From Paraspadella gotoi (Eukaryota; Animalia; Chaetognatha), in the NCBI GenBank assembly GCA_051294375.1, contig CM119267.1, positions 24,048,111 to 24,112,110 of the forward strand: a stretch of 64,000 nucleotides of DNA. Reading direction: 5' to 3'. This document shows positions 1 through 11,511 of the stretch, one piece after another. The position numbers and the translations under genes were made by a program. Each line of letters begins with the position of its first letter. The stretch's first letter is position 1. Under the pieces are notes generated by a model. It was not told the DNA's origin. It worked only from the letters and a program-made list of their open reading frames with translations, and did no database searches.

Positions 1-1960
1 AGGAGACAAAGGAGACCAAGGGGACAAAGGAGAAAAAGGGGATCAGGGAGATAAGGGTAACCAAGGGGACAAAGGCAACCAAGGAGATAAAGGGACCAAG
101 GGGACAAAGGAGAAAAGGGAGATCAAGGAGAAAAAGGTAACCAAGGGGACAAGGGTAACCAAGGAGACAAAGGAAATCAAGGAGATAAGGGTGAAAAAGG
201 AGATCAAGGAGATAAAGGAAATCAAGGGGACAAGGGCAATCAAGGAGACAAAGGGACCAAGGAGATAAAGGTGAAAAAGGAGATCAGGGAGATAAGGGAG
301 ACCAAGGAGATAAAGGCAATCAGGGAGACAAAGGAGATAAGGAGATAAGGGAGAAAAAGGAATACAGGGAGATAAGGGTAACCAAGGAGACAAAGGGGAA
401 CAAGGAGATAAAGGAGAAAAGGGATATCAGGGAGAAAAAGGTGTTCAAGGTGACAAGGGGAACCAAGGAGATAAGGGGAACCAAGGAGACAAAGGTGAAA
501 AGGGAGATCAGGGAGACAAGGGAATACAGGGAGAAAAGGGAGTTCAAGGAGACAAAGGGGAACAGGGAGACAAGGGTGAGAAGGGATATCAAGGAGATAA
601 AGGAATGCAAGGAGTTAAGGGTGACCAAGGAGACAAAGGGGACCAAGGTGACAAAGGAGAAAAGGGAGATCAGGGAGACAAGGGCAACCAAGGAGACAAA
701 GGCAACCAGGGAGAGAAAGGAGACCAAGGAGACAAAGGTGAAAAAGGAGACCAAGGAGACAAGGGCAATCAGGGAGACAAGGGTAACCAAGGAGACAAAG
801 GGGACCAAGGAGATAAAGGTGAAAAGGGTGATCAGGGAGACAAGGGAGATCAAGGAGACAAGGGGAACCAAGGAGACAAGGGGAATCAAGGAGACAAAGG
901 TGAAAAGGGAGTCCAAGGAGACAAGGGCAACCAAGGGGATAAAGGAAATCAAGGAGATAAAGGTGAAAAGGGTGATCAGGGAGAAAAGGGAGTCCAGGGG
1001 GACAAAGGTGACCAAGGAGACAAAGGAAACCAAGGAGACAAAGGTGAAAAGGGAGATCATGGAGATAAGGGTGGCCATGGAGATAAGGGTAACCAAGGAG
1101 ATAAAGGCAAGCAAGGTGACAAAGGAGATAAAGGTATGCAGGGAGATAAAGGAGACCAAGGAGATAAGGGAGTCCAAGGAGATAAAGGGGAACAGGGAGA
1201 CAAAGGCGATAAAGGAATGCAGGGAGATAAGGGTGAACAGGGTGACAAAGGGAATCAAGGAGATAAGGGGGAACAGGGAGACAAAGGCGATAAAGGAATG
1301 CAGGGAGATAAGGGTGAACAGGGTGACAAAGGGAATCAAGGAGATAAGGGGGAGCAAGGTGACAAGGGCATTAAAGGAATGCAGGGAGAAAAGGGTACTC
1401 AAGGAGACAAGGGGACTCAGGGAGATAAAGGAGACCAAGGAGACAAAGGTGATAAAGGAATGCAGGGTGATAAGGGCAACCAAGGCGACAAGGGAGTACA
1501 AGGAGTCAAAGGGGACCAAGGAGACAAAGGCGAAAAGGGTGTACATGGTGATAAGGGAGCTAAAGGTGACAAGGGTTTGGAAGGAGACAAAGGAAAACAG
1601 GGTGACAAGGGAGTGCAAGGTGATAAAGGTAATCAGGGAGAAAAGGGTATGCAAGGAATGCAAGGTGATAAAGGTGAGAAAGGAATGCATGGTGACAAGG
1701 GTGTCGCTGGAGAAAAAGGTGAACAGGGAATGCAAGGCGCTAAAGGAGATAAGGGACACCAAGGAAACCAGGGTGTTAAGGGAGTCAAGGGCGATCAGGG
1801 GGCTAAGGGAGAACAGGGAATGCAGGGCCAAAAGGGTGACAAAGGAATGCAAGGAGCAACGGGCTTACAGGGTCCTCAGGGATCACAGGGACTTCAAGGT
1901 GAAAAGGGTGAGCATGGACATAAAGGCGTTCAAGGAGACAAAGGACCTCAGGGTGAACAA
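1..1960 (+). repeat. Collagen-coding 9-bp-period repeat (GDK/GDQ/GNQ/GEK/GMQ triplets), about 650 aa in one exon
   Basis: Continuous Gly-X-Y in ORF 605-2026 and upstream. Three single-base deletions near 92, 253 and 339 shift and then restore the frame. Confidence 0.95.
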
Positions 1961-4900
1961 GGCGGTCGACCCATCTACTACTTTTCACGTAAGTTTCTGT
2001 ATTTTTTTGATCAATATTTTCTATAATGCAATTTTAATATGAGTTTATTTTTATATATTTATTAAGTTTAAAGAAAAATATTTTCCTGAATGACTGACTT
2101 TAGGATAATAAAGATACATGTACAAATTACTGCAGATATATTTTTGTCATATTTTGTTTTTTTTTAAATTATTTTACTTGATGCGATAAACCTTTCGTTT
2201 TCGTTGTTGTTATGATTTAGAGAAAAAACAAAGTTTTTAATTGTGTTACAACGAATTTAATTAGAGATACGGACATGTTTCGGCTCACATTTCGAGCCTT
2301 CATCAGCGTTTGATGAAGGCTCGAAATGTGAGCCGAAACATGTCCGTATCTCTAATTAAATTCGTTGTAACACAATTAAAAACTTTGTTTTTTCTCTAAA
2401 TTATTTTACTATAATTTTTTTATACTAAAAGCCATGAATAGCGATTTTAATAAATGACATAAACAACATCAAAATTCGTTATAAATTATTGGGATCATTA
2501 TTATTATTATTATTTAAAAAAGAAATTCTAAATGACAAAAGCAAATCAAAATCATGACATATTTTTAAAACTTTGATAAGAAAAAGTTGTTTAATAATCT
2601 GAATACAAGCCGCATTGAATTATTTTTCTTCTTTAAATAACTTAATAATTAATGCATCTTTTCACAACACTTCTCTTTGTAGGCTTGGGCCACGTTTCCT
2701 CCGTGGCTTATCTTCCCTCCTTCAGTGTTTGCACAGTCACTAATGGCGTCGTTTCCATGTGCACTTACCTTCGTGATGACAACAAGATGGTGACAGTCAA
2801 CGATCCTTCCACTGTCTTTAAAATATATAAAAATGTAACAACAGAGACGGGACTCTGCACCACTCCTACTGTCACCTATGCCAATGTAAGAGAGTTAAAA
2901 TGATTAAAATATTCTAATTACTATTTTTCTATAAATTTTGTCATTTTTTTTACATTTAGGTGGCAGACTATCGCGTTAATGGAATTGTGAAATTTAATCA
3001 ACCAAGACCTACAAACGCAACAGCAAGCAATCATGACTTGATTCGCATCTGTTTCAATGTCAATGATTGCGCAGAAAACGTGAGTGTGCTCAGTGAACTG
3101 TGAAGCTTCTGAAGTTTTTCACATCAATGATTATTGATTAAATTACCTTTTTATTGCCCCATCAGTCGACTTACACCCCTGCGTCCAGTAACTACTTCGC
3201 TCCCGACCATGTGCTGCCCGCCTTTGTCTCTGGCGTCAAAATCCTTGACAGCACACCTGGAATTACAGATGCGCAAAAGAAGAGAGAACTTAAATGCGCT
3301 TTCAACACCATCGCCGAAGGATCACTCAGCGTGGGCATGAGTGGCAACTTCTTGGACAGTATTTTGCCTTCTAACCTCACCATCACAATTGAGCTCTTCA
3401 CGAACAATAACCAACGTGAGTAGTCGAGTGAATCACGTAAACAAGGGTATTTTTGATTGGCCTTTTTTTTTGCACATTAAGAGATCAATCCTTTCAATTC
3501 TTCTTTACTTATACAGCTGCTGGATCTATTATCACTCTTGGACAAAACTATCGCCTGAGAATATCATTAGACCAAGCCGCAGCTTTTCACCATGATTACT
3601 ATATTGCTTTGGTCCAAGTTACCGTCGCTGACAACCGTGAATTCATAGGCGCAACTCAAGTTGATCTGGTTCAAAGCGGTGAGAACATATTATTAAAAAT
3701 GAAAATCATTTATACACTTAAAATAAGTGGTTGATGCTACTTAGCTAAGACTCTTCCATTTTAAAACTAACATGGTCAGTTTGAGTATGAACTTTTTCGG
3801 AATATAGAAATGATGAGATAGAAATGAGAACCATATCAAAGTTCAAATCATGCCTTGACTAAAAATGAGTTAAGTCAGGTTTTGGAATCTTGGGATGATT
3901 TTATTGTCATGCTAAAGTCATGAACTGAAAAAAAGTCAGTCTCTTCTTATGAAGGATAAGACAGTAAATGATGCCATTTTTGAATAAAAACTAAAAAAAC
4001 ATATCATTTAATTAATACATCTTAAAACTGGAAATTTAAAACAGATACCGGAAAGGTTAACTGCCTTGCAAACTCTGGATTCTTCACTCAAAATTCAATC
4101 ACAGCGATCTCGGGAAAATCGGTGGAACTCTTATTTCAATCTTTCAAAGTAAAAAAAATATATTCATTCTATGTATATTTAATTTGTATTGTAAAAATTA
4201 TAATCTTTTAATTTTAATATAGAATAAATTACTGATCTGTCTGAACCAATCTAATCCTAATCTGTCTTTAAAAACAGTTCCTTCAACAAGCTGGAACGAA
4301 CATTTACATCAAGGCCACAGTGGCCATTTGCTTCAAAGATAAGACCAAGTGCCAAGCGATTTGCCCGACGACAAATAGAAGATCTGGCATCGACGATGAC
4401 AGCGTGAAGAAAGAGTCTGTCTTGCCCATTTATATCGAAGACAAGGCTGCCCGCTGTCCTCAACAGGTTTGGAAGAGAGATTTTTTTATAATCTGCATTT
4501 GGCAACCACTAGTAGTTCAATAATTCCGCTACCTGCATTCAAATTTGATCGAATCTCACAATCAATTAAATTAAATTTAATTTGCTTTTCTCTCAATCTC
4601 TAGGGCGGTATTAATCACGGAGCGACCGTCTGCTCGAACGGTACCCTTCCAAACTCCGAATGTACTCACTCTTGCGAGAAAGGATTCATGAATATCGGCG
4701 AACTGGAACAAGTTTGCGAGACCGGGTACGAGACGCCCGGCGGCGGTATCTACTACGGACTCTCGGCGCGTTGGAATCCAGAGGGTCAACCCAAATGCGA
4801 GGGTAAGGTTTATTCATTGAAAAAAAAATGCTTGCTCTCTTTTTTAAAAGCGCCCCGTTTCTGCCCCTGATAATAACAATATTAATTAATAATTATAGTA

Positions 4901-5425
4901 ATAATAATACTGATTAATGATACATAAAATTTTGATTATTTAATTACCAGACGTGAATGAGTGCCGACAGGCACAGTCTCCATGCCATCCGACACAAGTC
5001 TGCTTCAACAAGGATGGATCGTACGAATGTCGCTGTCCGAGCAATACGGACTGGCGAAACGGAAAGTGTCAGCCCAAAAAGTCAGCGGTGATGAGCATGA
5101 GAGCGACGAAGCGGAACTTCACCAATGACCTTCACGATAGAACCTCGGAGGCTTTTGCCAAAGAATCAGCTGCTTTGACTAATGAGGTAAAAAAAGAAAA
5201 GACTTGAGCGTCATTCCGCAATTTTTTGTTAGTTTGTATCGGATCACTATTTCAAGACTGATGCCTGGAATGTTTTAATATACAACTTAGCTAAATCTTT
5301 TGAAAAAAAATAACTGGTTGTCAGGGAGGAGGGTAAGTAGGCATAGTTTAGCCTTTTATTTGTTTAAACATTATTACATGATTTAAAATCATTACACTTT
5401 AATCTCTCTCGTCTCTCTCTCATCC

Positions 5426-5470
<45 letters not shown>

Positions 5471-6242
5471 GCAATATCTATACCAATCTATACCAAAGTC
5501 ATATTTTAATTAAACGACTAAATATTTCGATTCAGCTCGCCCCGCTCTGCGCCTCCGCCTTGGACGCCCCTTGGACAAAGATAACTGTCCTCGGTCTCCG
5601 CCCCGGAAGCGTCATAGTTGACTTCCGCCTCGAGGTTGGCGCCACTGTCGCCAATCAAGACATCGACGCGGACGAATTAGCGAAGAGAATCAGATTCCAG
5701 ATCGAAACGTCGAAAAATGAGTTTGGATTCGACCCCACCTCAATTCGGGTTGTGGGTAAGTCTGACGGGAAAGTTTAGCAGGGATTTAAATTGGGTTAAG
5801 GAAATTTAGACTCGTTTGTCTAAAAATTCCCCATTTCCCAGACCCGGACGAGTGCCTCCTTCCCTCGACCCACGACTGCCACGCCCACGCCACGTGCGTC
5901 AACGAGAAACTCACCTTCTCCTGCGTCTGCAACGCTGGATTCGACGACGCGGGCGACGTCCGCGGAAAGGGACGCGACTGCGTCAAGGTCGACGACAAGA
6001 GCGACGTCTGGCGAGCGATCGCGGGCGTCAACGAGACGTTCGACGCCGTGGGACGTCGCGTCGATGTCAACGAAGACGACATCGCCTCGAACAAAGGGGA
6101 AATAGATTACATGTTCGATTCGTCGACGATAATGTTCGCCGTCGCCTTCGTCCTCATATTCTGTCTGCTCGTTGTTCAAGTCGTCAAGTTCGTTCGTAGC
6201 AGAAGAAAGGACGGGCACAACGCCTACATGAATTCGGTTTAA
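1..6242 (+). CDS. Multi-exon type I membrane protein: collagen (Gly-X-Y) - ZP-N/ZP-C - CCP/sushi - cbEGF - SEA - cbEGF - coiled coil - TM - short tail; 5' end outside the window
   Basis: Phase-consistent GT-AG exons: <1-1988, 2683-2885, 2960-3079, 3166-3415, 3517-3678, 4045-4148, 4278-4466, 4604-4802, 4951-5186, 5536-5755, 5842-6242 (TAA), with AATAAA at about 6253. Motifs: ZP-like ITDAQKKRELKCAF, LFQSFKF and IYIKATVAICFKDKTKCQAIC; sushi CPQQ..NHG..C..ECTHSCEKGF..W..PKCE; DVNEC and DPDEC EGF repeats; SEA LRPGSVIVDF; TM IMFAVAFVLIFCLLVVQVV. Confidence 0.88.
2215..2401. mobile_element. Perfect palindrome (91-bp arms, 5-bp loop), probably an inverted Penelope-like element terminal-repeat remnant
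   Basis: 2215-2305 is the reverse complement of 2311-2401, with loop GCGTT. It contains a hammerhead motif followed by an AT-rich tail, as in PLE pseudo-LTRs. Confidence 0.75.
2267..2311 (-). ncRNA. Minimal type I hammerhead ribozyme
   Basis: The minus strand reads AAACG-CTGATGA-AGGCTC-GAAATGT-GAGCC-GAAAC-AT-GTC-CGTAT: intact CUGAUGA/GAAA core, 5-bp stem II, palindromic mini stem III with GUC triplet, and ACG/CGT stem I. Confidence 0.75.
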
Positions 6243-7027
6243 AAAAAAAACAATAAATAAAAAAAGAATTAACTGTACAGTGTAGATAATTGGTTATGAG
6301 AGGTGTTAAGTGATGGACTTATTTATTGTTTTTGTTTGTACAATATTAACTCAAAAGTTTGGACGCTCAAAAGAGAATGCTTGGTGCTGAAAAACACCAT
6401 GACGCAAAACTATTGGATCTCAAAGCTCAACTAAAAAAAAAAATCGCAAAAAAATTGAAAAAAAAAAATTAATAAAAAAAAAGGAAACAAGAATAATAGA
6501 CTGGTACCTTTTTTTATGTATATATTGCGGTCTATTCTTCGAAAGCAATGAAACCTAAAAAGGGACGGTGCAGTTCTTGTATGCGACAAGGGAAGCCTTT
6601 ACAATTATAAGAACTTAAATACTGGTCCTCTCCGAAATTTAAACTGTAAATATTAGAAATAATGCATCAAAATTTCAAAATTGCTTAGCACGTGCATACA
6701 TTTACATAATTTCTAATGAATAGTTTTTAAAAACACTAAACTGTATAAATATCATTTACTCATAACCTACTTAAATCTACCGGAGAAAATAATATTATTT
6801 GATAAATTGTAGGTACAGTTTATTAGCTTTAAATGGTAGCTTTTAAATGTTTTAATCGCTTCTTTTTCTAATCGATAATCTATTATAAAACAATTTTATA
6901 AAACCGGGTTTGCTTATTTTCAGATTAATTAAGTTACTAGATTAACGCAGTGAAGCACTATAGTACAGATTCTGCCACTTTTTTTTCATCCACTGATCCT
7001 TATAATTTTTAGCTTAATTTTGTATAT

Positions 7028-7164
<137 letters not shown>

Positions 7165-8299
7165 TCTTTCTATTTTTTCTTTACTTTCTATTCTTTCTTT
7201 CCTTTCTATTCTTTCATTCCATTTATTTTTTTCTTCTTTTTCTTTCTAAATATATTAATTTTCTTTTCTCAAATTTGTCGTCAATCCAGATTTTTCTTAT
7301 GCGATTGCGACGATCCTTAAGATTTTTACTTTTTTATTCGGGCCTCATTAATTCGCGACGGCAATAGACGGCTCACGGATGGCCGACTATATTTTCGAGA
7401 CTGGTACCTAGTTTCTAATATAACATATATTCCGTCTATACCTCATTCATTTTCATGCTCAAAAAGGGTACCATAAGGAAACTTAAAAGAAAAGGGTATT
7501 GCACTTATGAGGGGAAAAAAAAAAAAACAGACTGCAAAAAATGCCAATTAATAATAAAGTACAATTAAACGGCCTGAAATGATAGCTAAAAAAAAAAAAA
7601 AAAAAAAAAAAAAATTCAAGTCTCCAAATTTTTCTCGGAATTTGACTCCCGGATCGACTCCTTTCTCTTTATATAGTATTCTATTTTTAGAACTGAAACC
7701 GGTCTATCCAACTTGTTTCAAATTTCGACGAATCCGTTCTCCTTTCGTCAACGACGGCAGCAGCCGCAGCTGCCGCGTAAAGAAAGAAAAAAAATCAGAA
7801 AGAAAAAGAAAAAAAAATTAACGTCACCGAAAATGAGTCAAAAGATCGAAAAAGATCGAAAAAATGTGGCAGGGACGCCCCCACTTCCGATTTCCGTAAA
7901 GTTCGAAAAGTGTCACAATTTCATTGACGAAGCGAAACCCAAATCGAAAGTCAATTTTATTTGAAAAGCCTGGAAAGGAGAACGAAGTATTGTAATTCAT
8001 TGAAACCGTAACTTTAGTAACAGTAGTTAATTTAAAACGGAACCAGGTTCATTTTTTTTGTAAAGAGTGGGGCGTTTTTTTACGTTTATATTTACTACTT
8101 CTATTATTATTAAGCCAGGGATTTATTTTCGTATTTCTAAAACGCTTAAATGCATTTAAGTCACTTCTTCCTCTTCCTGCTACTTTGCTCCCCATTTAAG
8201 CGTTGGAATAACTCAACTCCGCGTCCTCGATATTCTCCGCTTGATTTGCCCGCCTTACCTCACCCCGTCCTTTTCTCAGAGAGAGAGAGAAGAGAAGAG

Positions 8300-8358
<59 letters not shown>

Positions 8359-8363
8359 GAGAG

Positions 8364-8413
<50 letters not shown>

Positions 8414-10961
8414 AGATGAGAGAGAGAGAGAGAGAGAAGAGAGGATGAGAGGAGAGAGAGCATTCTTCCGTATTTCAAGGAATTCTTCGAAATGTCTTCA
8501 TTTCTATCGTCAAACAGGTTTCGTTTCCCGATCTTTGACTTTGAAGCGCGATTCGGCGGCAAAGACGTTGGGGGGGGGCGGTAGCCAACCGGCACCGGAT
8601 TGTTAGCGTCCGGGATGTTGGGAACGGCGGCCGAGACTAGCAGCCGGGCAACTGTGAAATGGTGTTGGGTCGTGTAAAAACACGTGCAAAAAATACCAAT
8701 AAAAAAGGAAAGGACTTTCCAAAAAATTGCGTTACCCGAAAAAACCCGACGAACGCGTGACGATGTCTCCAACGAGCCTTTTTAAGCGACTTGTCGGCTT
8801 GTCGGCTTTTTTTTTTTTTCCCCCTCAATTCGACCCGATCTAGATTCCGCGACAACGCGGCCCGTTCGAAAGCGATACTTTTGGGGTATACGAACCCGGG
8901 AACCTTGGATTTTTCGAAATCCCGCCGGTTGACATCGGGGCCAATAAGGGATATATACGTCGTTAAAACGATTAAATAATTATATCATGATGAATGAATG
9001 AATGAATAATCAATGAATCTTTGTCCGCAACAAGGGTTTGTTGAGAGATCTGGCGAAGGCGAAGGCGTTGGAGGCAAACGAAGGAGGAAGAAGCGGACCG
9101 CAACGATTCGGACCGCAGCGTGGCGGACCGCAGCGTCGCGGACCGCCCAAGCAGCAGCGATCGTCGATGAGTTAATAACTTTGACAAAATCTTGACTCCA
9201 GGTTGGGAGTTTGACTTCTGCGGTGGAGGAGGTCGTTGCTCTCCGTTTGTCGAGGTTGCTCACTCAGGCACTATTTTCCGAAGACTTTTTTTCAGCTTAA
9301 ATTCCGAATTATATTAGTTTTTTTATCTGAAATATTAGGTTAGGGGTTAGGATTAAGGAAAAAGTTGAAGAATAGGGTTATGGATTAGTGTTAGCGATGA
9401 GGCTTAGGGATTAGGTTAGGATTAGAAAATTTGGCAAAAGAACAAAATTAAACTTTATGATTACAATTAAATACAGGAACAGAAATTGGGCATTTTTGGA
9501 AAATAAATAAATAAATAAATTCTTAGTCTTTCATATCCTTAGTACTCTTTTTAATTATATCTTAACTCAAAAAATATTTAAATCCATTATTGGGAGAGGG
9601 CTGCTTGTGTTGTCTTCTGGAATTTCAGGAAACATCTATAGCATCTATAATTCTATATATATATTCTATACAACATAGGTCAATCTAATTACTCATTATC
9701 TCGTATCTAACCCACCGAGCGGTCCCAGGTCTCTGCTTCCACCGGATAAAGATTCATCTAAGTCACCTAAGTCACTAAGTCACGCAGCAGGGAGTCTCAT
9801 TTTATCGTAATTTATCGTTATGACAATTACTCTTATTAAATTTAAAAAGAGAGACGGAAAACCCCGCTCATCATATGGAATTTAATAATATCCTCATTGC
9901 TTTACAAACTTTATCCTCATCGCTATCAATTATCAAATCGAGAAATAAACAATAAAAACAATAAATAATAAACAAAAACAATGAATTCTCTCAAATCGAA
10001 CCAGACATCGAACAATCTGTCCGAACAAGAACAAGAAAAAGGAAGCGAAGATAAATCAGGCCTAGTGTCTGGCTCAGAGGCCGGTTGTCGGGCAGAGAGG
10101 CCGGTTGTCGGGCAGAGAGGCCGTAAAAAGGTTCGTCAAACTCTGTGGATCGATCGTCACTCGCACGACGTCATCGTCGGATCGATAGAAAATCTCGCTG
10201 GGAGACAAAATTCCGAAGGCGAAAAACACTAAACAGGTTTTTATTGTTAATTTTTGAGGTTTGAAAACCGCGAAAATTGGAGGGAGAGGCGGTTGGCTTG
10301 GTTGAGGGATTGCTTTGTAGGAGAGAGAGAGAGTCGGTTAGCTTGGTTGAGGGTTTCGAGAAACTTGAGGTCAGCCAGCCTCGCCAGTCACGCCGTCACC
10401 TCCCCTCGTCGCCGGAAGAGGGCGTGGCCGCGTCCAGCGCTCTCTCGGTGGCGCCGTCGCGAGTGACGCCGAGAGACTTCCTCTGCGTCAGTCGATCGAG
10501 AATGTCTGTTGGCGGGATGTAGTCTGACTGTGACAGGTCTCTTTGTGAGTGTAAAAAATGTAAAGAAATGTGAACAGAAATAGTGGACACAGAGTTGCTT
10601 GAGCAGACAAAAAGTAGAAAATGAATCATGATGAGTAACATAAACAAATGAGCAACGGCATCTCTCAACAGAGGGAGCGTTTCGTCCTTCCGTTTTTGGA
10701 GGAGTGATTCAAGGTGATTCAAAGGGGTGACTGATTTCGTGAATAAAATAATATAAAATTCACGAGACTCTATAGGACACATTTCTCCCTATCTGACTGT
10801 TTGCAGGTCCGTGGTCATTATGGGTGATCCATCGCGACCACGTTGAACATATTGTTGGGCCAAGGTTGGGTCATGGACTGAGTTTTAAAAAAGATCGTTA
10901 ACCCAAAAGAATCGACAATTGACTCCACTCGAAATGACTCCTTCACAACAAGCTCTTGACG

Positions 10962-11026
<65 letters not shown>

Positions 11027-11511
11027 GCCCACACAAATCGCGTTCAATGACAGAATCAAAAAATACTTTCAAACTGGATTTTTTGTCGTCGCCACCAAAA
11101 CGCACAACGGGTTTTTCTCGTTTTTAATTCGACTAATTTTACTTGTTTTTCATGAAGCTAAAAATAGTTCAGTATTTAAGCAAAAGTCGCTAGAAAAAGG
11201 TAGTCATTCTTCCGAAGCGAGAGATCGGAAGAGAGAGCTCTGGACTGTCTGTCTCTGGATTATTATTGTTATTAATTATTTATATATTTAACCATAAGAG
11301 ATAAGGAGTTGACCATATCAACAAAGATTTTAGATTTATCAAATTGAATAAAATAGTTTTTAAGCTTGAAAAATTATCTTATGCTTGATAGAGTACATTT
11401 GGTAAGGCTTTTTTCTAATTTAAATTTTTAATTTACACGTTTGGATATAGGTAATAATGGTATAATCCTATATATACTCTAATATATCTTACTTACAATC
11501 TTTTCATACAA

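Noticed and set aside
85-345. Frameshifts in the collagen exon read as pseudogenisation or programmed frameshifting
   Set aside because: They are single-base deletions (two in G runs) in an assembly that is indel-noisy elsewhere; all downstream exons are intact.
43-2042. Long alternative-frame and antisense ORFs (320-1852 minus, 441-2042 plus and others)
   Set aside because: By-products of the stop-poor 9-bp collagen repeat.
9335-9425. TTAGG/TTAGGG-like run suggesting an interstitial telomere
   Set aside because: Short and highly degenerate; similar runs at about 28090 and 33455 suggest simple low-complexity repeats.
8260-10880. GC-rich minus-strand blocks that may be exons (METSSRV.., RSATLRSATLRS.., DYIPPTDILD..)
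   Set aside because: No phase-consistent gene model or recognisable domain could be built.
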